Below are positions 17,951 to 25,913 of a stretch of DNA of 59,013 bases, one piece after another. Source of the DNA: an uncultured Bacilli bacterium (lineage in GTDB: Bacteria > Bacillota_I > Bacilli_A > RF39 > UBA660); NCBI GenBank assembly GCA_947581715.1, contig CANPVK010000001.1, positions 1 through 59,013 on the forward strand, read 5' to 3'. Below the pieces are notes generated by a model that did no database searches, was not told the origin of the DNA, and saw only the letters and a list, made by a program, of their open reading frames with translations. How positions within the stretch are numbered: position 1 is the stretch's first letter; every line of letters begins with the position of its first letter. A program made the position numbers and the translations under genes.

Positions 17951-20900
17951 ATGAAAAAAAATATAATATTATCATTTTTAATTATGATGTTAGGAATTTT
18001 AAATGTTTTGTATTTACCAAAAGTAAATGCTGAAACATTTAATGGACAATTAATTGATGGCGAAAAAATACCAGGAATGTATGTTGTAAAGCTTAAACCA
18101 GATGGCTCTGGTAAGTATAAATTAGCTAGTTTTATTCGAAAAAGTACGGATAATAGCTTTGTTTATTGTTTACAAGCTTTTGTAGATATTAACAATAACT
18201 ACACTTATAATGTTACTCATGAAGATTACGAGACGGTATTAAAAATGACACCTGAGCAATGGAAAAGAGTTAGTTTATTGGCATATTATGGTTATCAATA
18301 TGGAAATCATACTGATCCTAAATGGTATTATATAACACAAGTAATGATATGGAGAGTTACTGATCCAACAGCAAATATTTACTTCACTAAAACTTTAAAT
18401 GGACCACGAGATGATACATTATATGCCAGCCAGATTGCAGAGTTAGAGCAATTAGTTGCAAACCATTACACAGTACCAAATTTTGATGATACTAACTTGC
18501 AAATGACTATTGGAGAGTTTAAAACTTTAACTGATTCTAATAATGTGTTAAGTAAGTTTAAAATTAATAATCAGCAAAATGTATCTGCTGAGATATCGGG
18601 AAATCATTTGAATATAACTGCAGCTGGGATTGGTGATTTGTCTTTGACTTTGATAAATACAGATGCTAAATATACAACCCCACCACTAGTATATTTTTCT
18701 GATAATAGTCAAAATGCAATGGAAGTAGGTAGCTATGATCCGATTTCTATTTCTCTTCATGGAAATATAGTGGGTGGTAAGATAAAGATAACAAAAGTTG
18801 ATAGTGAAAATAATAGTACTACACCACAAGGATTAGCTTCTTTAGTTGGTGCAAGGTACAATGTGTTAAATTCTAGGGGCGATGTAGTTACCACTTTAAC
18901 TATTGGCGAAGATGGAACCGCTGAAACAGATTATTTACCTAAAGACACTTATACTATTCAAGAAATTTCTTCTAGTACAGGATATTATTTAGATAATACA
19001 ATTTATACTGCTGTAGTAGATTCTAGTGAAGTTGTGAATGTAACTGTTAAAGAAAATGTTATTAAGGGAAAAATAAAGATAAAGAAAATTGATACTGAAA
19101 ATAAAAGTTGTAGCCCTCAAGGAAAATCTAGTTTAGCAGGTGCAAAATTTCAAGTTTTAAATTCTAAAAATGAAATCGTAGATACTCTTGTGATTGGTGA
19201 TGATTGTACTGCAACTTCAAAAGAACTTCCATATGATAATTATACTGTTCAAGAAACTGAATCAGGAACAGGGTATTTTATCAATAATAGCGTATTTCAA
19301 GTGAATTTATCTGATAATAGTACTCAAGAAATAACTGTAGAAAATAAAGTTATTAAGGGAAAAATAAAGATAAAAAAAATTGATAATGAAAATAAAAGTT
19401 GTAGTCCTCAAGGAAAATCTAGTCTAGTGGGTGCAAAATTCCAAGTTTTAAATTCTAAAAGTGAAGTTGTAGATACCCTTGTAATTGGTGATGATTGTAC
19501 TGCCACTTCAAAGGAACTTCCATATGATAATTATACTGTTCAAGAAACTGAATCAGGAACAGGATATAAGCTTAATAATAATATTTTTCCAGTTGATATA
19601 TTAGAAGATAATACTCAGGAAATAACTGTGGAAAATGAAGTTATTAAGGGGAAAATAAAGATAACAAAAGTTGATAGCAAGACGAAGATTTGTAGTCCTC
19701 AGGGAGAGGCACTTTTAAAAGGAGCAAGGTATCAAATTATAAATTCTCATGATGATATAGTTGATACTTTAACTATTGGTGATGATTGCACTGCGACCTC
19801 TCAATTGCTTCCATTTGATGATTATAAAATAAAAGAGATATCTTCTAGTACTGGATATTATCTTAATACAAAAATTTATTCTTCTTCCATTATAGAAGAG
19901 GTAGAGTATCCTGTTACAGTAGTTGAAGATGTCATTGAAAATAAGTTTCAATTTTATAAATTTTATGGAAATGCTAATACGGGTATTATTTACACCGAGG
20001 CAAATGCAGAATTTGATATTTTAAATTTTAAAGGCGAAATTGTAGCTCATTTTAAAACTGATAAAGATGGATTTGCTGATGTAACACTACCTTATGGGCA
20101 TTATACAGTAAAACAAACAAAAGGATTAGAACAATATAAACTTGTTGCACCATTTACTATTACTGTTGATGAAAATACATCACTTACACAAAATAGTTAT
20201 ATCAAAAATGGGGAGATTACAGCTAGACTAAAGTTAGTTAAGATTGATAGTAAAACGAAAGAAGTTATCCCAGTAAAGGGAGTAAAATTTAAAATTAAAA
20301 ATAAAGACACAAATCAATATGTTTGTTTAGTAACAGATAAAAATATTTGTGAATTTGAAACGAATGAACAAGGTGTTATGATTACACCATTACCATTATA
20401 TGGGGGAAACTATGAAATTGAAGAAATAAAAGCTCCATATGGTTATTTGCTATCATCTGAAACAAAAGAATTTTCTATTCGAGAAAATAGTGAGATTGTG
20501 GAAGATGAAATATTTGGATCATTAGTAATTGTTGAATTTGAGGATGAAGAGGTAGTTGGAAAGCTAGAAATTAAAAAGAACGGTGAAAAAGTTATAATTG
20601 AAGATGGCAAATTCTTATATGAGGATATACCATTACCAAATGTTACTTTTGGATTATATGATGAGAAAGGTAACTTAGTTGGTGAATATATGACAGATGA
20701 AAATGGATATTTAAAAGTTGAAGATTTAAAACTTGGAAAATATACATTTAAAGAACTTAAAACAGTTGATGGTTATGTAATAGATGAAAACGTATATGAA
20801 TTTGAATTAAAGTATAAGGATCAATATACACCTATCGTTAAAAAGAATTTTGAATTAAAAAATTATCTCAAAAAATCCAATTTAGAATTTACAAAATCTG

Positions 20901-21532
20901 ATGTTTCTACTGGACAAGGAATTCCAAATACAAGAATCGAAATTTATACAGAAAATGATGAGCTAATATTTTCTGGAGTTACTGATGAAAACGGTAAGAT
21001 AGTAATTGAAGATTTATTCGTTGGAAAATTCTATATCATTGAAACTGAAGCTGCAACAGGTTATCGTTTAAGTGATGAAAAAGTATTTTTTGAGATTAAG
21101 GAAGATGGCAAAGTTGTAAAAGCTGGAATGACAAATACAAAAATTAAAGGAAAACTGGAATTTACAAAAACAGATTTTTCTACTTCCGAACCACTTCCTA
21201 ATACATTAATTGAAATATATAATGAAGAAACCAATGAATTAGTTTTTTCTGGAAGAACGGATGAAAATGGTAAAATTACTATTGAACTTGAATATGGTAA
21301 TTATTATATTTTAGAAAAGGAAGCTCCTGAAAATTATACATTGAATGAAGAAAAAATGTATTTTTCAATTAAAGAAGATGGAGAAATTGTAAAAGCTACT
21401 ATGCAAGATAAAATTATAGTAAATGTTCCTGATACTGACATGACCGATTTTCATTTTTTAGAGATAGGTAGTTGTTTATTAATTTTTACTGGAACTGGAG
21501 TAATTTTGTATGAAAAGAAAAAGAAAAATTAA
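17951..21532 (+). CDS. surface adhesin: N-terminal thioester domain plus multiple Cna-B/SpaA-like fold repeats and a C-terminal sorting signal
   Basis: Signal peptide. Thioester-domain motifs YCLQ (Cys) and ITQVMIW (TQxxIW, Gln). At least 8 Ig-like repeats, e.g. LEFTKSD...PNTRIEIY...TDENGKI. C-terminus is NVPDTD, a hydrophobic segment, then EKKKKN. Confidence 0.8.
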   Translation: MKKNIILSFLIMMLGILNVLYLPKVNAETFNGQLIDGEKIPGMYVVKLKPDGSGKYKLASFIRKSTDNSFVYCLQAFVDINNNYTYNVTHEDYETVLKMTPEQWKRVSLLAYYGYQYGNHTDPKWYYITQVMIWRVTDPTANIYFTKTLNGPRDDTLYASQIAELEQLVANHYTVPNFDDTNLQMTIGEFKTLTDSNNVLSKFKINNQQNVSAEISGNHLNITAAGIGDLSLTLINTDAKYTTPPLVYFSDNSQNAMEVGSYDPISISLHGNIVGGKIKITKVDSENNSTTPQGLASLVGARYNVLNSRGDVVTTLTIGEDGTAETDYLPKDTYTIQEISSSTGYYLDNTIYTAVVDSSEVVNVTVKENVIKGKIKIKKIDTENKSCSPQGKSSLAGAKFQVLNSKNEIVDTLVIGDDCTATSKELPYDNYTVQETESGTGYFINNSVFQVNLSDNSTQEITVENKVIKGKIKIKKIDNENKSCSPQGKSSLVGAKFQVLNSKSEVVDTLVIGDDCTATSKELPYDNYTVQETESGTGYKLNNNIFPVDILEDNTQEITVENEVIKGKIKITKVDSKTKICSPQGEALLKGARYQIINSHDDIVDTLTIGDDCTATSQLLPFDDYKIKEISSSTGYYLNTKIYSSSIIEEVEYPVTVVEDVIENKFQFYKFYGNANTGIIYTEANAEFDILNFKGEIVAHFKTDKDGFADVTLPYGHYTVKQTKGLEQYKLVAPFTITVDENTSLTQNSYIKNGEITARLKLVKIDSKTKEVIPVKGVKFKIKNKDTNQYVCLVTDKNICEFETNEQGVMITPLPLYGGNYEIEEIKAPYGYLLSSETKEFSIRENSEIVEDEIFGSLVIVEFEDEEVVGKLEIKKNGEKVIIEDGKFLYEDIPLPNVTFGLYDEKGNLVGEYMTDENGYLKVEDLKLGKYTFKELKTVDGYVIDENVYEFELKYKDQYTPIVKKNFELKNYLKKSNLEFTKSDVSTGQGIPNTRIEIYTENDELIFSGVTDENGKIVIEDLFVGKFYIIETEAATGYRLSDEKVFFEIKEDGKVVKAGMTNTKIKGKLEFTKTDFSTSEPLPNTLIEIYNEETNELVFSGRTDENGKITIELEYGNYYILEKEAPENYTLNEEKMYFSIKEDGEIVKATMQDKIIVNVPDTDMTDFHFLEIGSCLLIFTGTGVILYEKKKKN
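18770..19933 (+). repeat. four tandem 291-bp (97-aa) modules within the adhesin gene
   Basis: Units start at 18770, 19061, 19352 and 19643, each beginning (I/V)(K/G)GKIKI(T/K)K(I/V)D. Units 2 and 3 are roughly five-sixths identical at the protein level by eye, and long stretches are identical at the DNA level. Confidence 0.85.
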
Positions 21533-22175
21533 GGTTAAGAGTCAATATTTTATTGGCTCTTTCCTGATATTTTTAGGAATTGTATTAATTGCTAGTAAAT
21601 ATATTTCTTCTTATTATATGATTCATCAAGAAACTCAAAAAATAGAAAATTTTTTATTAGAACAAGCAACATCTGTAGAGCTAATAGATGAAAAGTTAGA
21701 TATTCCAGAGGAAGATTCTGTCAAACATGAAGAAATTAAAAATGACAATGACAGAAGTGAAGATTATTTAGCTATTATTGAAATTCCTAAGATTGCTTTA
21801 AGAAAAGGTTTGTACTCCAAATTCTCTAAAAATAATAATGTTAATAAAAATATTGAGATTTTAGAAGATTCTAATTATCCTGATTATGAAAAAGGAAATT
21901 TTATTTTAATTGCACATGCTGGTAACAGTAATATTTCTTATTTTCAAAATATTAATCAATTAGAACTACAAAATCAAATTAATATTTATTATAATCATGA
22001 AAAATATATTTATGCTGTAGTTGATAAATATGAAGTTGATAAAACAGGTAAGGTTGAAATCAAGAAAAATCCAAATGCTACAAGTTTGACTTTAATTAGT
22101 TGTAAGCATAATACCGATAAACAAATCGTTGTAATTTGTAATTTGATAGGAAAGGAGAAATTTTATGGAATATAA
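21510..22175 (+). CDS. sortase (dedicated to the upstream adhesin)
   Basis: N-terminal TM segment, His in LIAHAGN, catalytic Cys in SLTLISCKH (TLxTC-like). Overlaps the adhesin stop codon. Confidence 0.8.
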   Translation: MKRKRKIKVKSQYFIGSFLIFLGIVLIASKYISSYYMIHQETQKIENFLLEQATSVELIDEKLDIPEEDSVKHEEIKNDNDRSEDYLAIIEIPKIALRKGLYSKFSKNNNVNKNIEILEDSNYPDYEKGNFILIAHAGNSNISYFQNINQLELQNQINIYYNHEKYIYAVVDKYEVDKTGKVEIKKNPNATSLTLISCKHNTDKQIVVICNLIGKEKFYGI

Positions 22176-22386
22176 TTTTAATCAAATTTCAAAAACATTA
22201 GAAAAGATATTTTCTTCTGGTTTTAATACTGAAAGGAAAATATTGGCTATGAAGTTAGAAGATTTAGATAAAATTACTAACCTGCAAGCTCAAGAAGCTT
22301 TAATTATTGTGAATTTGAAAAAAGCAATAAAGAATAAAAAGATTATTGAATTTTTAAGTGGAAATGATGCATCAAATGGGTTATAA
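22165..22386 (+). CDS. hypothetical protein
   Basis: RBS aggaga. 73 aa. Overlaps the end of the sortase gene. Confidence 0.5.
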   Translation: MEYNFNQISKTLEKIFSSGFNTERKILAMKLEDLDKITNLQAQEALIIVNLKKAIKNKKIIEFLSGNDASNGL

Positions 22387-22461
22387 CCAATTGTAGAAAA
22401 ATTGAAATAAGAAATAGTCTAAAACAATCGAAAAATATAAATAAAGAAAGGGTGATATAGT

Positions 22462-22812
22462 ATGTTAAATCAAGTTGTTTTAGTAGGTAGAGTTGTCAAG
22501 GAGGTAGAATTAAAAGAAACGGAAAATGCAAAGAAATATAGCTTCATTACACTAGCTGTTCCGAGAAGTTATAAGAATATGAATGGGAGATATGATACTG
22601 ACTTTATTGAATGTATGCTTTGGGATAATGTTGCTAAAAATGTGGCAGAATATTGCAAGAAAGGTGATATTATTGGAGTTAAAGGAAGATTAGAGGTATA
22701 TCAAAAAGAAGAAAATGATAAAAAAATATCCCAACTTCATTTAGTAGCTGATAAGGTAACTTTTTTATCGCAAAAAAGAGAAGATAATGAGCATGAAGTA
22801 GATGAAAGATAA
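22462..22812 (+). CDS. ssb: single-stranded DNA-binding protein
   Basis: OB-fold N-terminus MLNQVVLVGRVVKEVELKET...FIECMLWDNVAKNVAEYCKKGDIIGVKGRLE. The short acidic tail lacks the canonical DDLPF tip. Confidence 0.85.
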   Translation: MLNQVVLVGRVVKEVELKETENAKKYSFITLAVPRSYKNMNGRYDTDFIECMLWDNVAKNVAEYCKKGDIIGVKGRLEVYQKEENDKKISQLHLVADKVTFLSQKREDNEHEVDER

Positions 22813-22929
22813 GTAAATATTTGCACATTTGCATTATTTCATTATTTTTAATATCCTCTTTTTGAAGGAGGGATATATATTAAAAGTAAGAATTTAGAAT
22901 CGTTTTATACTTCTTATCATAATGAATTT

Positions 22930-23223
22930 ATGGACTATTTAGATTGTATTATTTGTAAGTTGGAATCTGTTAATAAAAACTATAAATTCATTTTAGATCA
23001 GATTGAGGAGTTATTAAATAAACATCCTAATTTGCGATGTGTTCTAGATGATGAAGAAATAACTAATTTGAATGATAAAGATATTGCTGCATTAATAAAA
23101 ATTAAAAACTTATATCAAAAACAAATAGAAATAGAGTATGAAGAATTATTTTTTATTGGCGGTAGAAATGTTTATTATTATTTTAAAAAATTAGGAATTT
23201 TGAATGAAAATGTGGATAATTAA
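22930..23223 (+). CDS. hypothetical protein
   Basis: 97-aa ORF followed by a terminator. Weak RBS. Confidence 0.4.
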   Translation: MDYLDCIICKLESVNKNYKFILDQIEELLNKHPNLRCVLDDEEITNLNDKDIAALIKIKNLYQKQIEIEYEELFFIGGRNVYYYFKKLGILNENVDN

Positions 23224-23250
23224 GGAAAATTTTGAAGTAGATTGTTGATT

Positions 23251-23278
23251 AAGAGTGAATTCGAAGTTCACTCTTTTT
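23251..23278 (+). terminator. rho-independent terminator
   Basis: aagagtgaa pairs with ttcactctt, followed by ttt. Confidence 0.6.
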
Positions 23279-23303
23279 CTATATCTAAGAAAGTAGGTGC
23301 ATT

Positions 23304-24257
23304 ATGGCTTATTATAATTCAGAAGTGATAGAACAGGTTAGACAATTGGATGTATATTCTTATTTATTAAATTATGAGCCTGATGAATTAGTAAAAGTTA
23401 GCAGAGATACCTATTGTACTAAAAGTCATGATAGCTTAAAAATATCAAATGGTATGTGGTATTGGTTTTCTAGAGGAATTGGAGGAAAAAGTGCAATAGA
23501 TTATTTGATTGCTGTAAAAGATTTTTCTTTTATACAAGCAGTCGAAACTATTTTAAATTACATGAAAAAAGTTCCCATAAAGACTTGCGGTGTTATCAAA
23601 AAAAAGGAAGAATCCTCCAAATTAATTCTACCTGAAAGAAATCAAAATAATGATAAAGTAATTCGTTATTTAATTGATAGAGGAATTGATAAAGATATTA
23701 TTTTAGAGTGTATTGATAAAGGTTATATTTATGAAGATCAAAAACATAATGTAATTTTTATAGGTTATGATTATCAAAATAATCCAAGATATGCGATGTG
23801 TCGAGCGACTAATTCTAGCAGATTTATGAATGATGTATATGGAAGCCACAAAGCATTTTCTTTTCGATTAAATTCTTTGGAACCTAATTGCTCTGTTCAT
23901 CTATTTGAGAGTGCTATTGATCTTTTGTCATATGCTACATTATTAAAATTAAATCATCGGGAATGGTATAATTATAATCTTTTATCACTAGCTGGTGTTT
24001 ATCAACCTTCTGCTAAAATGGAAGATAGTAAAATACCATTAGCCTTAAATTATTTTTTAAATCAAAATCCAAATATTAAGAAAATATATCTTCATTTGGA
24101 TAACGATCAAGCAGGAAGAACAGCTTCTTTAACATTAAAAACTGTACTTCCTAAATGTTATGAAATCATTGACAATCCTGTTCCTGTTGGAAAAGATGTT
24201 AATGATTTTTTATGCAGAAAAATAGATAAAATGAATCACAAAGAAAAGGAGAGATAG
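23304..24257 (+). CDS. DUF3991 plus Toprim domain protein (primase/topoisomerase-like conjugation protein)
   Basis: N-terminal pattern typical of DUF3991 (…SLKISNGMWYWFSRGIGGKSAIDYLI…) and a C-terminal Toprim-like acidic cluster (HLFESAIDLLS…HLDNDQAGR). Confidence 0.7.
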   Translation: MAYYNSEVIEQVRQLDVYSYLLNYEPDELVKVSRDTYCTKSHDSLKISNGMWYWFSRGIGGKSAIDYLIAVKDFSFIQAVETILNYMKKVPIKTCGVIKKKEESSKLILPERNQNNDKVIRYLIDRGIDKDIILECIDKGYIYEDQKHNVIFIGYDYQNNPRYAMCRATNSSRFMNDVYGSHKAFSFRLNSLEPNCSVHLFESAIDLLSYATLLKLNHREWYNYNLLSLAGVYQPSAKMEDSKIPLALNYFLNQNPNIKKIYLHLDNDQAGRTASLTLKTVLPKCYEIIDNPVPVGKDVNDFLCRKIDKMNHKEKER

Positions 24258-24325
24258 TCTGAAAATAAATATTTTCATCACTATGTGTGACTTGAACAAA
24301 GTGAAAGGAATGAGTGGTTAAGATG
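24244..24325 (+). repeat. 82-bp conserved leader, copy 1 (copy 2 at 41745..41826)
   Basis: Manual alignment gives 79 of 82 identical positions. Ends in the ATG of the downstream gene. Contains the hairpin tgaaaat-aaat-attttca. Confidence 0.9.
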
Positions 24326-24892
24326 CAATACAATGTGAATTTATCTGATATTTTATATACTAATAGAATAATCAAAAATATATCAAAAAATAAACTTGCT
24401 GAATTAGTTGGTATTAGTAGAAATGAAATTACTAGAATTGAATCAGGCGAAAGAAAGAATCCCAATTTAAAAACACTCATTAAAATATGTGAAGTTCTTG
24501 ATATTGATTTCATAAATCTATTAGTTTCTATTAACTATCTAGATAAAAAATATTTAATTAAAAATCAATTTGAAAAATTAAATAATTATCATGTTTCTGT
24601 AAGAAAAATTTATAAAAAAGATTTTTTGATAAAAGCAAAAACAAAAGAAGATGCTGAAAAAAGTGCTATAAATCTTATGAATGAAAATGATATCATTGAT
24701 GATGATTTCATAGAAAAATTTGATATTGTAGTATTAGAATCTGATGGAAATGATGATAAAAAAGAAGAAGAAAATATTCCAGAATATTCTTCTAAAGATG
24801 ATGATTTTTTTTCAGAAGGTTGCCCAAAATTTGGCTGTGAACATTGTGAATATTATTGTCCAATTTGTAATGAATGTACCTATGATGAATAG
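24323..24892 (+). CDS. XRE-family HTH regulator fused to a DpnD/PcfM-like domain and a Cys-rich tail
   Basis: HTH_3 pattern ISKNKLAELVGISRNEITRIESGERK. Central segment YHVSVRKIYKKDFLIKAKTKEDAEKSAINLM. C-terminus CPKFGCEHCEYYCPICNEC. The ATG at 24323 is preferred because it is the conserved end of the 82-bp repeat. Confidence 0.7.
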   Translation: MQYNVNLSDILYTNRIIKNISKNKLAELVGISRNEITRIESGERKNPNLKTLIKICEVLDIDFINLLVSINYLDKKYLIKNQFEKLNNYHVSVRKIYKKDFLIKAKTKEDAEKSAINLMNENDIIDDDFIEKFDIVVLESDGNDDKKEEENIPEYSSKDDDFFSEGCPKFGCEHCEYYCPICNECTYDE

Positions 24893-25046
24893 GTTTTATT
24901 GTCCTAGCAAGCACTGAATTTGTCCTCCCGTACAAAATTCAAATGTGGGGAAATCCCCAATCCCCTAAAAAAATAAAAAAATTTATTGCAGAACAAAATA
25001 TTTCTGTTTTATAATGAAATAGAGGAGAAGATTTGGAGGAAAGAAT

Positions 25047-25319
25047 ATGAAGAAAAATGAAATTATTGAAGCTTTAGCAAATTCAACAGGATTGTCAAAG
25101 GTTGATACTGAAAAAGTTTATAATGCTACCTTTGAATTAATTAAAAGTCAATTAGAGGAAGGAAATGAATTTTCTGTAGCAGGATTTGGAAAATTTAAAA
25201 TTTCAAAAAGAGCTGCAAGAACTGGCCGTAATCCAGCAACGGGTGAATCAATGAAAATTGCTGCTAGTAAATCTGTAGGATTTAAGGCAGGAAAAGAGTT
25301 AAAAGATAGATTAAACTAA
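25047..25319 (+). CDS. hup: HU-family DNA-binding protein
   Basis: MKKNEIIEALA...GFGKFKISKRAARTGRNPATGESMKIAASKSVGFKAGKELKD is the canonical HU/IHF arm motif. Confidence 0.9.
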   Translation: MKKNEIIEALANSTGLSKVDTEKVYNATFELIKSQLEEGNEFSVAGFGKFKISKRAARTGRNPATGESMKIAASKSVGFKAGKELKDRLN

Positions 25320-25336
25320 TAACAAATAAGGTAATT

Positions 25337-25372
25337 GGATTAGTATAGAAATATACTAGTCCTTTTTCTTTT
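25337..25372 (+). terminator. rho-independent terminator after hup
   Basis: ggattagtata, loop gaaa, tatactagtcc, then tttttctttt. Confidence 0.75.
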
Positions 25373-25394
25373 GTGGAAAGAAAGGAGAAGTGTT

Positions 25395-25544
25395 ATGGAT
25401 AATTTATTTTATTTAATTTTGGGATTTATTTTTGGTGGACTCATTATGGTTATCATAATGAGTTGTTTTTCAATCAGAAAAATTAATCAATTAGAAAGTA
25501 GGTGTAATCAATTAAAAAAGGATAATGAGAAAAAGAAATATTAA
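25395..25544 (+). CDS. small hydrophobic protein (49 aa)
   Basis: My own translation: MDNLFYLILGFIFGGLIMVIIMSCFSIRKINQLESRCNQLKKDNEKKKY. RBS aaaggag lies 8 nt upstream. Overlaps the mobC start. It is below the length cutoff of the ORF track. Confidence 0.4.
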   Translation: MDNLFYLILGFIFGGLIMVIIMSCFSIRKINQLESRCNQLKKDNEKKKY

Positions 25545-25854
25545 AAAAAATTTTTGGTTAAGCTGGGAAGAAAACGAAATTTTAAAAAGGAAGGCTAAAC
25601 GTTCTGGTAAAAGTGAGGCGGATTTCGTTAGATGTCTAATTACTGATATTGTATTAAAGGAGCAACCTGATGAAAGATTTTATGAAGTGTTAAAGCAGTT
25701 ACGAATGATAGGAAATAATTTGAATCAAATCGCTCATAGGGCAAATATGGATAAAGGATTTATAGATCATTTAAAGTATCAGAAAGAAGCTGAAAAATGG
25801 AATCAGTTTATTTTAGATGTAAAACATGAATTTTTAGGTACTAAAATAAAATAA
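25525..25854 (+). CDS. mobC: MobC-family relaxosome accessory protein
   Basis: Motif LRMIGNNLNQIAHRAN, typical of the bacterial mobilisation protein MobC. Directly upstream of the relaxase gene. Confidence 0.8.
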   Translation: MRKRNIKKNFWLSWEENEILKRKAKRSGKSEADFVRCLITDIVLKEQPDERFYEVLKQLRMIGNNLNQIAHRANMDKGFIDHLKYQKEAEKWNQFILDVKHEFLGTKIK

Positions 25855-25913
25855 TAATCAACTATAGAAAAAAGTTATTAATACTATTTCTATAGATTGT
25901 TAAAGGAGGGGAA

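Noticed and set aside
24199-24513. Minus-strand 104-aa ORF that shares the peptide ILTTHSFHFVQVTHSDENIYFQT with minus-strand ORF 41658..41855, which could suggest a duplicated gene
   Set aside because: The shared peptide is just the reverse translation of the 82-bp plus-strand repeat. Outside the repeat the two ORFs are unrelated and overlap better-supported plus-strand genes or terminators.
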